NCBI GenBank assembly: GCA_964535655.1
Contig: CAZHTP010000001.1
Span: forward strand, 31,515 to 95,514
Length of the DNA: 64,000 bases
Direction of reading: 5' to 3'
DNA from: an uncultured Gammaproteobacteria bacterium
GTDB taxonomy: Bacteria; Patescibacteriota; Microgenomatia; JALYQM01
The first letter of the stretch is position 1, and each line of letters begins with the position of its first letter. Positions 48,247-57,084 of this stretch are shown here, piece by piece. A program made the translations under genes and the position numbers. The notes below the pieces were generated by a model. It saw only the letters and a program-made list of their open reading frames with translations. It searched no databases and was not told the DNA's origin.

Positions 48247-49374
48247 TTATTCTTGGTTTATATATCCTTCTTGGACCGCGGGTACGAAAGCCCTAAAGAG
48301 GAAACTACTATCACTTACTTTATCTCCTTCAAATACCCACACTGGCTGAATGTTCTCTTGAAAAGTTGGCGGCTCATAATAAGCCAAGTAAATACTTCGA
48401 ATATTATACTCATCTCCTGGATTTGAAGGGCTCAAAATTGTCGCTTTACCATTGTTTAGCATCTCCCAAGCTGTTTTGGTGGAACGGGTTGGGTACACTC
48501 CAAGAACTACTGGACGGGTATTAATTGGCCAGAAGGTTATTTCTGCATTAACCAATCTATCTTGAAAATCTTTTGAATTATCACTTCTGGTAATCCCGGT
48601 ATAGGTAAAATTAATTAAACTTTTAGTGGTATACGGGCTAATTATTGGTATTCCGTTAATAGGTAAGCGAGGAATATCTACTTTTGTTAAGTTCGCTTGA
48701 AGTTGGGAAGCGACTGGAGCAGATGTCTGGAGAGTAGGATCAAGGTAAATATAACTTCCGTGTGGTGCAGTCTCAGTTTCTAGTATGTTTTTCTGTTGGC
48801 GTAGTTCAGGTCTGGCTTGGCCTAAATATGAAACTGCGTTTCGTTTGGCTTTATCTATGGTAGGTGTTGCGCCTCGTTCCAGTGATACATATGCCGCCAA
48901 ATTGTCATAACTATAGTGAAGATTGTAATAGGTAAAATCTACTTCGAGTTTTTTATTTGGATCGGTTGGATCTTGAAACAGGAAAGTCCGGTCCGTGTTC
49001 TTTACCGGATTTACATTAGGGAACCCGAGTATTCCAGCGAGTTTTACAGAACTGACTTGGTAATCTAATTCCGGGCTTTTTTTAACTACTTCGTATACTG
49101 TAGCGCTACCTGTTCCTTCTGGAATTGTTCCGTCAATTGTTTCGAGGATAAATTTCTTTCCAGCGCTGGTTGTTGTGCCGGCTGGCAATGCTGGTGCAGA
49201 AAGTACGCCGTATGTTGGGTTTATGTAGGGAGTAGGCGTAGGCGTAGGGCGAACACAACATAGGGTGTATGCTGCTCTAAAGGTATATCTGAGTGCAATA
49301 AATGCGATTATTGCTATCCCAAGTATAATCGCGCCTTTTTTAGTAGCGTCAGCGGTAGAGGTAAGAGAAGCCAT
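48247..49374 (-). CDS. membrane-anchored/secreted hypothetical protein
   Basis: An N-terminal TM/signal anchor 'AIILGIAIIAFIALRY' is followed by a Thr/Pro-rich segment. No catalytic motif. Confidence 0.45.
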   Translation of the reverse strand: MASLTSTADATKKGAIILGIAIIAFIALRYTFRAAYTLCCVRPTPTPTPYINPTYGVLSAPALPAGTTTSAGKKFILETIDGTIPEGTGSATVYEVVKKSPELDYQVSSVKLAGILGFPNVNPVKNTDRTFLFQDPTDPNKKLEVDFTYYNLHYSYDNLAAYVSLERGATPTIDKAKRNAVSYLGQARPELRQQKNILETETAPHGSYIYLDPTLQTSAPVASQLQANLTKVDIPRLPINGIPIISPYTTKSLINFTYTGITRSDNSKDFQDRLVNAEITFWPINTRPVVLGVYPTRSTKTAWEMLNNGKATILSPSNPGDEYNIRSIYLAYYEPPTFQENIQPVWVFEGDKVSDSSFLFRAFVPAVQEGYINQE

Positions 49375-49418
49375 AACTCATATGAGTATAGCTAGTGGTA
49401 TGTTAAAATGCAATTATT

Positions 49419-50897
49419 ATGGATACATCTGTACGTACTAGAATTGCCCCTTCGCCCACGGGTTTCCCTCATATTGGAACTATTTATCAGGTTTTATTTG
49501 ATTTTGTTTTTGCCCATAAGTATAACGGACAATTTGTGGTACGTATTGAAGATACCGACCGTAATCGTTTTGTTGAAGGAGCGGAGGAAGTTATCTCCCG
49601 CAGTCTACACTGGTTTGGTCTTGATGGTGATGAAGATCCCTGGAAAGGTGGTCCGTATGCTCCGTATCGTCAGTCTGAGCGACTTCAGACATATACGGTA
49701 TATGTTGAAGAACTTATTCAAAAGGAACGTGCGTATTATTGTTTTTGTACTAAAGAGCGTTTAGAAGAGATGCGTAAGCAGCAGGAAGCTAACCATCGGC
49801 CGCCAATGTATGACAGGCATTGCCGCAATTTAACATCCCATGAGGTTGCAGATCGTCTGGATAGTGGTGTGCCTCATGTTGTTCGTATGCGCGTGCCGGA
49901 TGGTGAAGTGATTAAAATTCATGATCTTTTGGTGGGGGATGTTGAGTTTAGAAGTGAGCTAATTGATGACCAGGTCATCTTGAAGGCGGATGGTTTTCCT
50001 ACTTACCACTTAGCTGTGGTAGTTGATGATCATTTAATGCAGATTTCGCATATTATACGTGGAAGAGAATGGTTACCTTCAACTCCAAAACATATTTTGC
50101 TGTATACTTTTTTTGGATGGGACGTTCCTGAGCATATTCATTTGCCACTTATTTTGAATAGTGAGGGTAAAGGCAAATTGTCAAAGCGCCATGGGCATGC
50201 TTCGGTTGACTATTACCGTAATTTGGGATATTTGCCTGAAGCGGTACTTAATTATCTTTCTAATATTGTATGGAATCATCCAGAGGGTAAAGAGATTTAT
50301 GATTTGGATGAGTTTACTCGACTTTTTGAAGTTGAAAAGATTACTTCTCAAGGAGCGCGTTTTGACTTAAAAAAATTAGATTGGGTTAATGGACAATGGG
50401 TTCGTAATATGTTGGATATTGAGTTAGTGTCACGTTTAACGACGCATGATGAAGTTGCTGGTACGCCGTATTCTAAATACTCCCCCGAAGAAATTGAGCG
50501 AGTTTTGCCGCTCGTTAAAGATCGACTTAATTTACTTTCAGGATTTGATGATTTAGTAACTATTTTCTATGAGGATATTGAAAAAATAATTGAGTCTCCT
50601 GAACAATGGAAACTGCAGCTATTAGGAAAACATTCTGATTTCGATCTTACTACTAAAATGCTTGAGAGAGCTTTGGGCGTTTTAGAAAAGACTGAAACCT
50701 GGACTCATACGGTACTTGAGGAATTGATGCGTGGTGTACTTGCTGATGAGGCATGGGAAATAGGGGATTTCTTTATGGTTCTTCGTGTAGCGGTAACTGG
50801 TCGTTCGGCAACTCCGCCGTTGTTTGAAACAATGGAGGTTTTGGGTAGAGAAGTTTCTCTTGAGAGAATAAGAAAAGCTTTTAAGATTTTTAGTTAA
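49419..50897 (+). CDS. gltX: glutamate--tRNA ligase
   Basis: 'RIAPSPTGFPHIGTIYQVLFDFVFA' is the HIGH motif region. 'VRIEDTDRNR' is present. 'KLSKRHG' is the KMSKS motif. Confidence 0.92.
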   Translation: MDTSVRTRIAPSPTGFPHIGTIYQVLFDFVFAHKYNGQFVVRIEDTDRNRFVEGAEEVISRSLHWFGLDGDEDPWKGGPYAPYRQSERLQTYTVYVEELIQKERAYYCFCTKERLEEMRKQQEANHRPPMYDRHCRNLTSHEVADRLDSGVPHVVRMRVPDGEVIKIHDLLVGDVEFRSELIDDQVILKADGFPTYHLAVVVDDHLMQISHIIRGREWLPSTPKHILLYTFFGWDVPEHIHLPLILNSEGKGKLSKRHGHASVDYYRNLGYLPEAVLNYLSNIVWNHPEGKEIYDLDEFTRLFEVEKITSQGARFDLKKLDWVNGQWVRNMLDIELVSRLTTHDEVAGTPYSKYSPEEIERVLPLVKDRLNLLSGFDDLVTIFYEDIEKIIESPEQWKLQLLGKHSDFDLTTKMLERALGVLEKTETWTHTVLEELMRGVLADEAWEIGDFFMVLRVAVTGRSATPPLFETMEVLGREVSLERIRKAFKIFS

Positions 50898-51331
50898 TTA
50901 TTTACGCAGGTGTGAATTTTAGTTCCATCCTTATCATAGTCGTAACAACCATTAGTATCTAGTTCTACTTTTTGGCCATTAACTTCGGCATAGCGTTTAC
51001 CATTTTCGCTGTAAACTTTAACGTTGGTACCGTTTGATGTGATATTAATATTCGTTGAAGAGTTTGAAGTGTTATACGATTTCACTGATCCATTTATGTT
51101 GGAATTAATATTTACGTTGCTCTTAGATTTTCCATTATTTATAACGGACTTATGTGTTGGGCTTACGGTTGGTGACGCCGAAGGCGAGGATGTTGGTGTC
51201 GTAGTTGGTGCAGTTTGTGGTGTTTGAGTAGCCGTGCTTGGGGATGGGGATGTTGATAGTGTAGAGTTTGAAGTACAGGCGCTAAGAAATACTACTGCTG
51301 TCAGGGCAATGAGCATAATTTCTTTATTCAT
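50894..51331 (-). CDS. lipoprotein with Ser/Thr/Pro- and Asn-rich low-complexity region
   Basis: Lipobox 'VFLSAC' after a signal peptide. A 'TPQTAPTTTPTSSPSASPTVSPT' linker and an Asn-rich repeat 'NVNINSNINGS' follow. Two Cys lie near the C-terminus. Confidence 0.5.
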   Translation of the reverse strand: MNKEIMLIALTAVVFLSACTSNSTLSTSPSPSTATQTPQTAPTTTPTSSPSASPTVSPTHKSVINNGKSKSNVNINSNINGSVKSYNTSNSSTNINITSNGTNVKVYSENGKRYAEVNGQKVELDTNGCYDYDKDGTKIHTCVNN

Positions 51332-51423
51332 ACAATAATACTATCACATTCTTTTTAAATTAGAAAGAGAAAAAGAGTCTTGTCAGGATGTCGTTTTTAT
51401 TGCATACTCAATTTTAATTAAAT

Positions 51424-51573
51424 ACATCAAGAGTGATAGGGAGAGTTCCGGCTCGTTAATCTATCCAGCAACCGATTCAATTAGAAAACGGTGCTCCATC
51501 CGGCCCGAAAGGGAAGATGCGGTCATGTACATGACAATTTAGCCTCGTCTTCCTAGTAGGGAGAGAGGTTTTT
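51424..51573 (+). promoter_or_regulatory. SAM-I (S-box) riboswitch with terminator/SD-sequestering hairpin upstream of metK
   Basis: 'AUCAAGAG..AGGGAG..GGC..UUAAUCUAUCCAGCAACC....CGGUGCUCCAUCCGGCCCGAAAGGGAAGAUG' matches the S-box conserved segments (AUCAAGAG, GCAACC, GGUGCU, GAAAG..GAUG). Hairpin 'cctcgtcttcc..gggagagagg' plus a T7 run lies immediately before the metK ATG. The promoter 'ttgtca-17-catact' is at ~51380-51408. Confidence 0.55.
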
Positions 51574-51575
51574 TT

Positions 51576-52691
51576 ATGGCTACAATAAGCCGTTCGTTTA
51601 CTTCTGAGAGTGTTTGTGCTGGGCACCCCGATAAAATATGTGATCAAATTAGCGATGCGATAGTTGATGCAGTGTTGCATGAAGATCCCTACGGTCGTGT
51701 AGCAATAGAAACATTAGTTACAACTAATAAGGTTATTTTGGCAGGCGAAGTAACTAGCCGTGCTGTTATCGATTATGCAAGAGTTGCGCGAGATCAAATT
51801 GAAAGATTAGGTTACACAGATGATAAATATGGTTTTTCTCATAAAGCATTAATAGATGTATATATTCATGAACAGTCATCCGAGATTGCAGTTGGTGTAG
51901 ATGATGCTGGAGCTGGTGATCAAGGGATGATGTTTGGCTATGCTTGCCGTGAAACAAATAATTTTATGCCGATGCCTATTGCTATTGCTCACGCACTCAC
52001 TGCGCGGATTGACGAAGTGCGCGAAGAGAAGCTATTACCATATCTTCGTCCTGATGGAAAAGCTCAAGTGACTGTTGGCTATGACAATGATGTACCTGTT
52101 GAAATTGTATCGGTTGTTTTAGCAGTTCCTCATGAAGAATCGGAAGAATTGGAAAAAGTGAAAGATGATCTTTACCGGCAGGTTGTTTTGCCTGTTCTTT
52201 CGGGATTTGAGCTATCCTATCCGCAATTTCATTTAATAGTTAATGGAACCGGTGTTTGGCATATTGGTGGGCCGGCGTCAGACACCGGAGTGACGGGACG
52301 AAAAATTGTAGTGGACACCTATGGAGGGTATGCTCGAGTAGGGGGTGGAGCCTTTAGTGGCAAAGATCCTACAAAAGTTGATCGCTCGGGTGCATATGCT
52401 GCTCGGTATCTGGCGAAGAATCTCGTTGCTCACCGTTTTGCGGATAAGGCGGAAGTCTCACTTGCGTATTTTATTGGAGCTAAAAAGCCGGTAATGCAGG
52501 AAGTAGAAACCTTTGGTACGGCTAAGAAATCTGATCAAGAGATTAAAGCCTTTGTATCTGAATTGTTGGATACTTCAGTTCAGGGGATTCTGGAAGGGCT
52601 GCAGTTGCGAAAACCATTGTACTTAGCTACTGCTACTTATGGTCACTTTGGACGCAAGGGCTTCCCGTGGGAGGAAATAGTTCAGAAATAA
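51576..52691 (+). CDS. metK: S-adenosylmethionine synthase
   Basis: 'FTSESVCAGHPDKICDQISDAIVDAVL' and 'GGGAFSGKDPTKVDRSGAYAARYLAKNLVA' are canonical MetK motifs. Confidence 0.93.
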   Translation: MATISRSFTSESVCAGHPDKICDQISDAIVDAVLHEDPYGRVAIETLVTTNKVILAGEVTSRAVIDYARVARDQIERLGYTDDKYGFSHKALIDVYIHEQSSEIAVGVDDAGAGDQGMMFGYACRETNNFMPMPIAIAHALTARIDEVREEKLLPYLRPDGKAQVTVGYDNDVPVEIVSVVLAVPHEESEELEKVKDDLYRQVVLPVLSGFELSYPQFHLIVNGTGVWHIGGPASDTGVTGRKIVVDTYGGYARVGGGAFSGKDPTKVDRSGAYAARYLAKNLVAHRFADKAEVSLAYFIGAKKPVMQEVETFGTAKKSDQEIKAFVSELLDTSVQGILEGLQLRKPLYLATATYGHFGRKGFPWEEIVQK

Positions 52692-52759
52692 GCCCAATTA
52701 ATTTGCTGAATGTTGCCTGGGCTTAGGTTTTTGTGGTACTATTGGCGTTAGTTTTTGAA

Positions 52760-52830
52760 TGCCGGATGGTGAAATGGTATCACAAAGGACTCTGAATCCT
52801 TTTTTCTAGGTTCGAATCCTAGTCCGGCAA
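52760..52830 (+). tRNA. tRNA-Gln (CTG), compact 71-nt form
   Basis: Cloverleaf. Acceptor is TGCCGGA/TCCGGCA with a U1-A72 pair as in bacterial tRNA-Gln. D-stem is GTGA/TCAC. Anticodon stem is AAGGA/TCCTT with loop CTCTGAA (anticodon CUG). A 4-nt variable loop, T-arm CTAGG-TTCGAAT-CCTAG. No encoded CCA. Confidence 0.75.
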
Positions 52831-52868
52831 CAATCTGACTTGCAAATAGAACCTGGTATACTTATTCC

Positions 52869-53408
52869 ATGAATATTATTTTGTCTGCACACTTTGATTT
52901 AGCACATCCTGTTATGTGTATTCGGTTAAACTCTGAAAAGCTATCTGGACTAGTTGATAACTTTGCGGGGGTTTTTGCATCGTATCAAGTATCGAGAAAG
53001 ACCGGAGTTCCCGTTTATTTCACTAATTACGAAGAGCTTGACTATGATGGTGCTATCTCAGTTGCGGAGAAGCTAGATAAAGAAACTATTGTGATTGTTG
53101 TGGATACTATCAAAGAATCGGATATTTCTGGAAAAGGTGCAAGTATAGCAAATGTATATGATCTTGATGTTTCTGGTATCAAAGAAACGTTGAGAGAATC
53201 GGTTCATTATATTGAGGGTCTTTTTGAAGAAACAGAAGATGAAACATGGATCTATGGTCACCAATTTGGCCTTAAGACTTTATACTTTGGAATACCTATT
53301 CCCGGAGAATATCATTCCGTAGATAACGCTATACTGTTGGAGAAGATCGATAATGCTGCTGAAATTCTTGGTAAATTAGTAAGCTATCTTCAAGTCGTTC
53401 GAGAGTAA
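52869..53408 (+). CDS. hypothetical protein
   Basis: A 179-aa soluble ORF ('MNIILSAHFDLAHP...'). No motif assigned with confidence. Confidence 0.4.
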   Translation: MNIILSAHFDLAHPVMCIRLNSEKLSGLVDNFAGVFASYQVSRKTGVPVYFTNYEELDYDGAISVAEKLDKETIVIVVDTIKESDISGKGASIANVYDLDVSGIKETLRESVHYIEGLFEETEDETWIYGHQFGLKTLYFGIPIPGEYHSVDNAILLEKIDNAAEILGKLVSYLQVVRE

Positions 53409-53508
53409 AATAGGTTCGAGCGTTGTCTAAGACCTGCAACTTAGATTATAGATAAGCCTTTTTATTTTGATAAGAATATTTCAAGGTTGTTTGTGGTATC
53501 ATAATATT

Positions 53509-53799
53509 ATGAGTGATTTAATATCTAAGAATTTACATAGTATCAATGATTTATGCCAAGATTTTGGAATTAGCTACTTGGGATTATTTGGCTCTCAAGC
53601 TCGCGGTGATGCACGAGAGGATAGTGATGTGGATATTCTGGTCGAATTTAAGGAAACACCAGGATTGATAGAATTTATCAGGACAAAACAGAGGTTAGAA
53701 CAAATTCTTAATAAAAAAGTAGATTTAGTCACCCGACGCGGGCTATCTAAACATTTGTCTAGTTATGTAAATCAGGACTTACAAAAGATATATGGTTAA
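53509..53799 (+). CDS. minimal nucleotidyltransferase (MNT/MntA-type antitoxin)
   Basis: 'LGLFGSQARGDAREDSDVDILVEF' is the GSx(n)DxD NTase motif, and 'KVDLVTRRGL' is present. It overlaps the downstream HEPN gene by 8 nt. The start was set at an internal Met. Confidence 0.75.
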   Translation: MSDLISKNLHSINDLCQDFGISYLGLFGSQARGDAREDSDVDILVEFKETPGLIEFIRTKQRLEQILNKKVDLVTRRGLSKHLSSYVNQDLQKIYG

Positions 53800-54142
53800 A
53801 GATCCACATGTTTTTCTGGCTCATATAATTGAAGCAGTAGGGTTAATAGAAAGCTATGTTGCAGGTGTTACTTTTGAACAGTTTGAGCATGATACTAAAA
53901 CGAGAGATGCGGTCATTCGTCAGTTGGAAATAATAGGAGAGGCAGTATCAAATTTGGAGCAGGATTTTCGTTCTGAGTATGCTGAGATCCCTTGGAGGGA
54001 AATCAGTGATTTTCGCAATGTGTTGGCGCATGAGTATTGGGATATCGATATCGAAATTGTTTGGAAAGCGGCTACGGAAGAAGCCCCTGAATTGAAAAAG
54101 GCAATTATTCATATCATACCAAATTCTGAAATAAATCCTTAA
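53792..54142 (+). CDS. HepT/DUF86 HEPN-domain toxin
   Basis: Rx4HxY motif 'RNVLAHEYWDID'. Size and position downstream of the MNT are typical of type VII HepT/MntA TA pairs. Confidence 0.75.
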   Translation: MVKDPHVFLAHIIEAVGLIESYVAGVTFEQFEHDTKTRDAVIRQLEIIGEAVSNLEQDFRSEYAEIPWREISDFRNVLAHEYWDIDIEIVWKAATEEAPELKKAIIHIIPNSEINP

Positions 54143-54278
54143 GATAATTTGTGTCTTTACTTAATAGCAGTATGTTTTCCAGATAAGTAGTTCGAAATGT
54201 GTCCACTAGTGGCAACATTGTTTTATTAAAGCCATTATCATATGTCTGATAATGTTAAAAAAATAAACATATTACAAT

Positions 54279-54503
54279 GTGATTGATATGGATTTTCAAT
54301 ATAAATATCAGGCTATATATCTTGATATATTTGGGTCAGTGTATTGTGGAGATCAGACTCAGATTTTGGATATTGATTTGTTAGTTAAATTTTCTCCAGA
54401 AAATAAGAGCGGGCTATTCGCCTTGTCGGCAATGAGGGATGAGTTGCAAGGAGTATTGGGACGAAAAATGGATTTGCTTGCGGAAGGTATCTCAGGAACA
54501 TAA
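54279..54503 (+). pseudogene. truncated orphan MNT-like nucleotidyltransferase
   Basis: 'FGSVYCGDQTQILDIDLLVKF' and 'LGRKMDLLAEGIS' match MNT. It ends about 25 aa early and no HEPN partner follows. Confidence 0.5.
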
Positions 54504-54677
54504 AAGTTGTGCACTTACTTTTTTGGCCATTGGACATCGTCATCATTGAAGACGTTTGAGTGATGGCTCTTCTTGGCACCAGGATTGGATGCTTCATAGG
54601 ATTGAAGTAGAACCCATTGCGTGTTATATTTCGCAATATGCCAAATCCAGAATATCTGTTGTTACTTCCTCAGCCTC

Positions 54678-55013
54678 CTAGTGTCTTTGAGGTATAACTA
54701 AACCATTTATCAGATGATCATCACTTGGATGAATGTAGATCGGAGGGTAGTTCTTTGAAGATTCAGAGTAAAGAACTATTCTTTCATTATGGGTATCATA
54801 ATTGAACTTTTTGATATTTGCGCAACTGTCAATGATTGATAAGATGTAATCACCGTTTTTAGGATTTGTTTTGTTGCTATCTACTAACAAATAGTCACCT
54901 TCCTCAACATTTTTACCATTAATATGCGCTTTATCCATAGAATCGCCTTCTGCACGCAAATGTAGAATACCCGCATGAAGAAGCTGAGCGGGGATTTGGC
55001 TATAGTGTCTCAC
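54678..55013 (-). pseudogene. LexA/UmuD-like S24 peptidase domain lacking N-terminal HTH and cleavage-site region (GTG start; possible remnant)
   Basis: 'LLHAGILHLRAEGDSMDKAHI' has the catalytic Ser in a GDSM-type motif. The later 'NIKKF' carries the catalytic Lys. The ORF begins right at the protease core, and upstream frames show no HTH. Confidence 0.5.
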
Positions 55014-55292
55014 TGCTTTTTGATTGCTCCGTACCTGATACTACGTTTACTCGTGATGAACAGATAGAGTTTTTCCTTTCGACACCAGAGAATACTGTGG
55101 AAGAGCAGAAAAAATTAATTTCTGACTTGGGGGATGTACGCCGTCGTGATCTTTTTCATTTTCATTATTACAGTGCACTAAAATAAGATTCCGTCCTGTC
55201 TCATTCGATCGAGATATTCGAGAATCGGGTAGAGTTGATCTACGTGATGAATAAATGCAATATATCGTTCATCGGTGGTTTTCCTTCATTTT

Positions 55293-56081
55293 TTACCCTT
55301 CATTTCGTGCGAATTGTCCTGTTTCTTTTGATGTTTCAAACAGTTTGTTAAAGATAATAATTGCGAGTATGAGGTATAGTATTGAGAGTAGCGCAGCAAT
55401 TAAAAACTGTCCATATCCTTCTTTTTTATTCACAAGTAACGCTCGTGCTCCTTCGAAGATATAAGTCGGAGGTAATGTTAAGGCTATTTTCTGTAAAATA
55501 TAAGGAAGAGTTTTTACAGGATAGAATGCTGCTACAAGTGGCTGTAGGATAGAAATAAAACCCCAGGCGAGCGCTTGAATTTTAGTCCCAAAGCGGAAAA
55601 TGAATCCGAGCAACATGATTCCCAGAGCAACTCCAAAAAGCATTAAATTGAAAATTATTATAAGTAAAGGCATAAATCCTAGTGAAAGTAAATTAAAACC
55701 AAAGGAGTATGATACTGCGATTGAGCTTATAGTCAAGACTAAAAGCGCCTTTACTAACCCCGTTATTGCGTGTGCAAGCAGATATTCTTGCAATCGAATA
55801 GGCGAGACAAACATATTGCTTAAGTTTCTTGACCAAACATTCCAAAGACTTGGTACGGTGATGCTATATTGCATCACAAACATCGCCTGCCATAGTAGCA
55901 TACCCATAATTACATAGTTGGAGGCGGCTTTGTTGCCTGCTCCAGAAAGATAGGTGGCTAAGAAACCGAAAACAACTATACTTAATATCGGCATTACAGC
56001 AATGTCAAAAAAAGTTTCGACAGAACGGCGTGTTAGAAAGAATTCCTGTAATAATATTCCCTTAACTCTTTGAAAATTCAT
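55293..56081 (-). CDS. ABC-2 type exporter permease
   Basis: A six-TM hydrophobic protein translationally coupled downstream of an ABC ATPase. Confidence 0.7.
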   Translation of the reverse strand: MNFQRVKGILLQEFFLTRRSVETFFDIAVMPILSIVVFGFLATYLSGAGNKAASNYVIMGMLLWQAMFVMQYSITVPSLWNVWSRNLSNMFVSPIRLQEYLLAHAITGLVKALLVLTISSIAVSYSFGFNLLSLGFMPLLIIIFNLMLFGVALGIMLLGFIFRFGTKIQALAWGFISILQPLVAAFYPVKTLPYILQKIALTLPPTYIFEGARALLVNKKEGYGQFLIAALLSILYLILAIIIFNKLFETSKETGQFARNEG

Positions 56082-56084
56082 AGA

Positions 56085-57008
56085 TTATTCCGATCGTGCG
56101 ATCTGTAAAAATACATCTTCCAGGTTTGGTTTGACAATTTCAATATCTGCTATCTCTACTCCTTTACCGCCAAGTTCAAGAATTAGCGGAGCGATATTAT
56201 TTTCTTCTGTTTTGATGTGAACTTTATTATGATCTTTTATATCGTAAATTAAACTTTTTTCGATTAATATCTTTTCGGTATGTTCTTTATTTCTTACTAT
56301 TAAAACTAACGATGAGGTATCGACATTTTTTGTTAAGTTTTCAGGCGTATCATGAGCTACAATTTTTCCTTTATCAAGAAAAATAACTTCATCACAGATT
56401 CGGGTAATTTCATCCATATTATGGCTGGTGTACAGAATTGATAGATTCCGCTCTTTACGCAATTTTTCAATTAGAGATAGTGTTTTGTCAGCTACATCAG
56501 GATCAAGCGAAGCAGTAGGTTCATCCATTAAAATTAATTCAGGATCGTTTACTAATGATTTAATTAAATTTACGCGTGTTTTTTGACCTGCAGAAAGATT
56601 CCAATATACCTCATTCTTAATTTCATCCAGTTCAAAGTACTCGCCTAATTCGGCAACTTTTTTTTGAGGATTTTTAACACCGTACAAATTCGCGTAGACT
56701 ATCAGATTTTCATAAACCGAAATACGACCAAGTAAGGTATTAAAGGCCGAGGTGAAGTTAATCTTTGATAAGGATGCTTCTTTATTGTATTTAAATTCTT
56801 TATCAAAGTAGCGGATAGTTCCCGAGGTTTCTTTGGTTACTCCGATAAGAATTTGAATTGTTGTCGTTTTTCCTGCGCCATTAGGACCTAAAAAACCGAT
56901 AACTTTACCGCGTGGTACATTAAAGGATATGTCGTTAACGGCGACATAATTCTTATATTTTTTTACTAGATGTGAGACTTCTAACACATTATCAGCTTTT
57001 TTAACCAT
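56085..57008 (-). CDS. ABC transporter ATP-binding protein
   Basis: Walker A 'GPNGAGKTTTIQIL', signature 'LSAGQKTRVNL', Walker B 'ILMDEPTASLD'. Confidence 0.85.
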   Translation of the reverse strand: MVKKADNVLEVSHLVKKYKNYVAVNDISFNVPRGKVIGFLGPNGAGKTTTIQILIGVTKETSGTIRYFDKEFKYNKEASLSKINFTSAFNTLLGRISVYENLIVYANLYGVKNPQKKVAELGEYFELDEIKNEVYWNLSAGQKTRVNLIKSLVNDPELILMDEPTASLDPDVADKTLSLIEKLRKERNLSILYTSHNMDEITRICDEVIFLDKGKIVAHDTPENLTKNVDTSSLVLIVRNKEHTEKILIEKSLIYDIKDHNKVHIKTEENNIAPLILELGGKGVEIADIEIVKPNLEDVFLQIARSE

Positions 57009-57084
57009 ATCTGGCTATTATACCTTATACTAAAAAATATTTAAGCTTGACATGTCACAGTAGCACTATTACGCTAGTTATACG

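Noticed and set aside
54941-55186. Open + strand frame ending '...TVEEQKKLISDLGDVRRRDLFHFHYYSALK*', considered as a remnant HEPN partner of the orphan MNT
   Set aside because: There is no start codon. Most of it is simply the antisense of the S24 peptidase ORF. No Rx4HxY or other HEPN motif is present.
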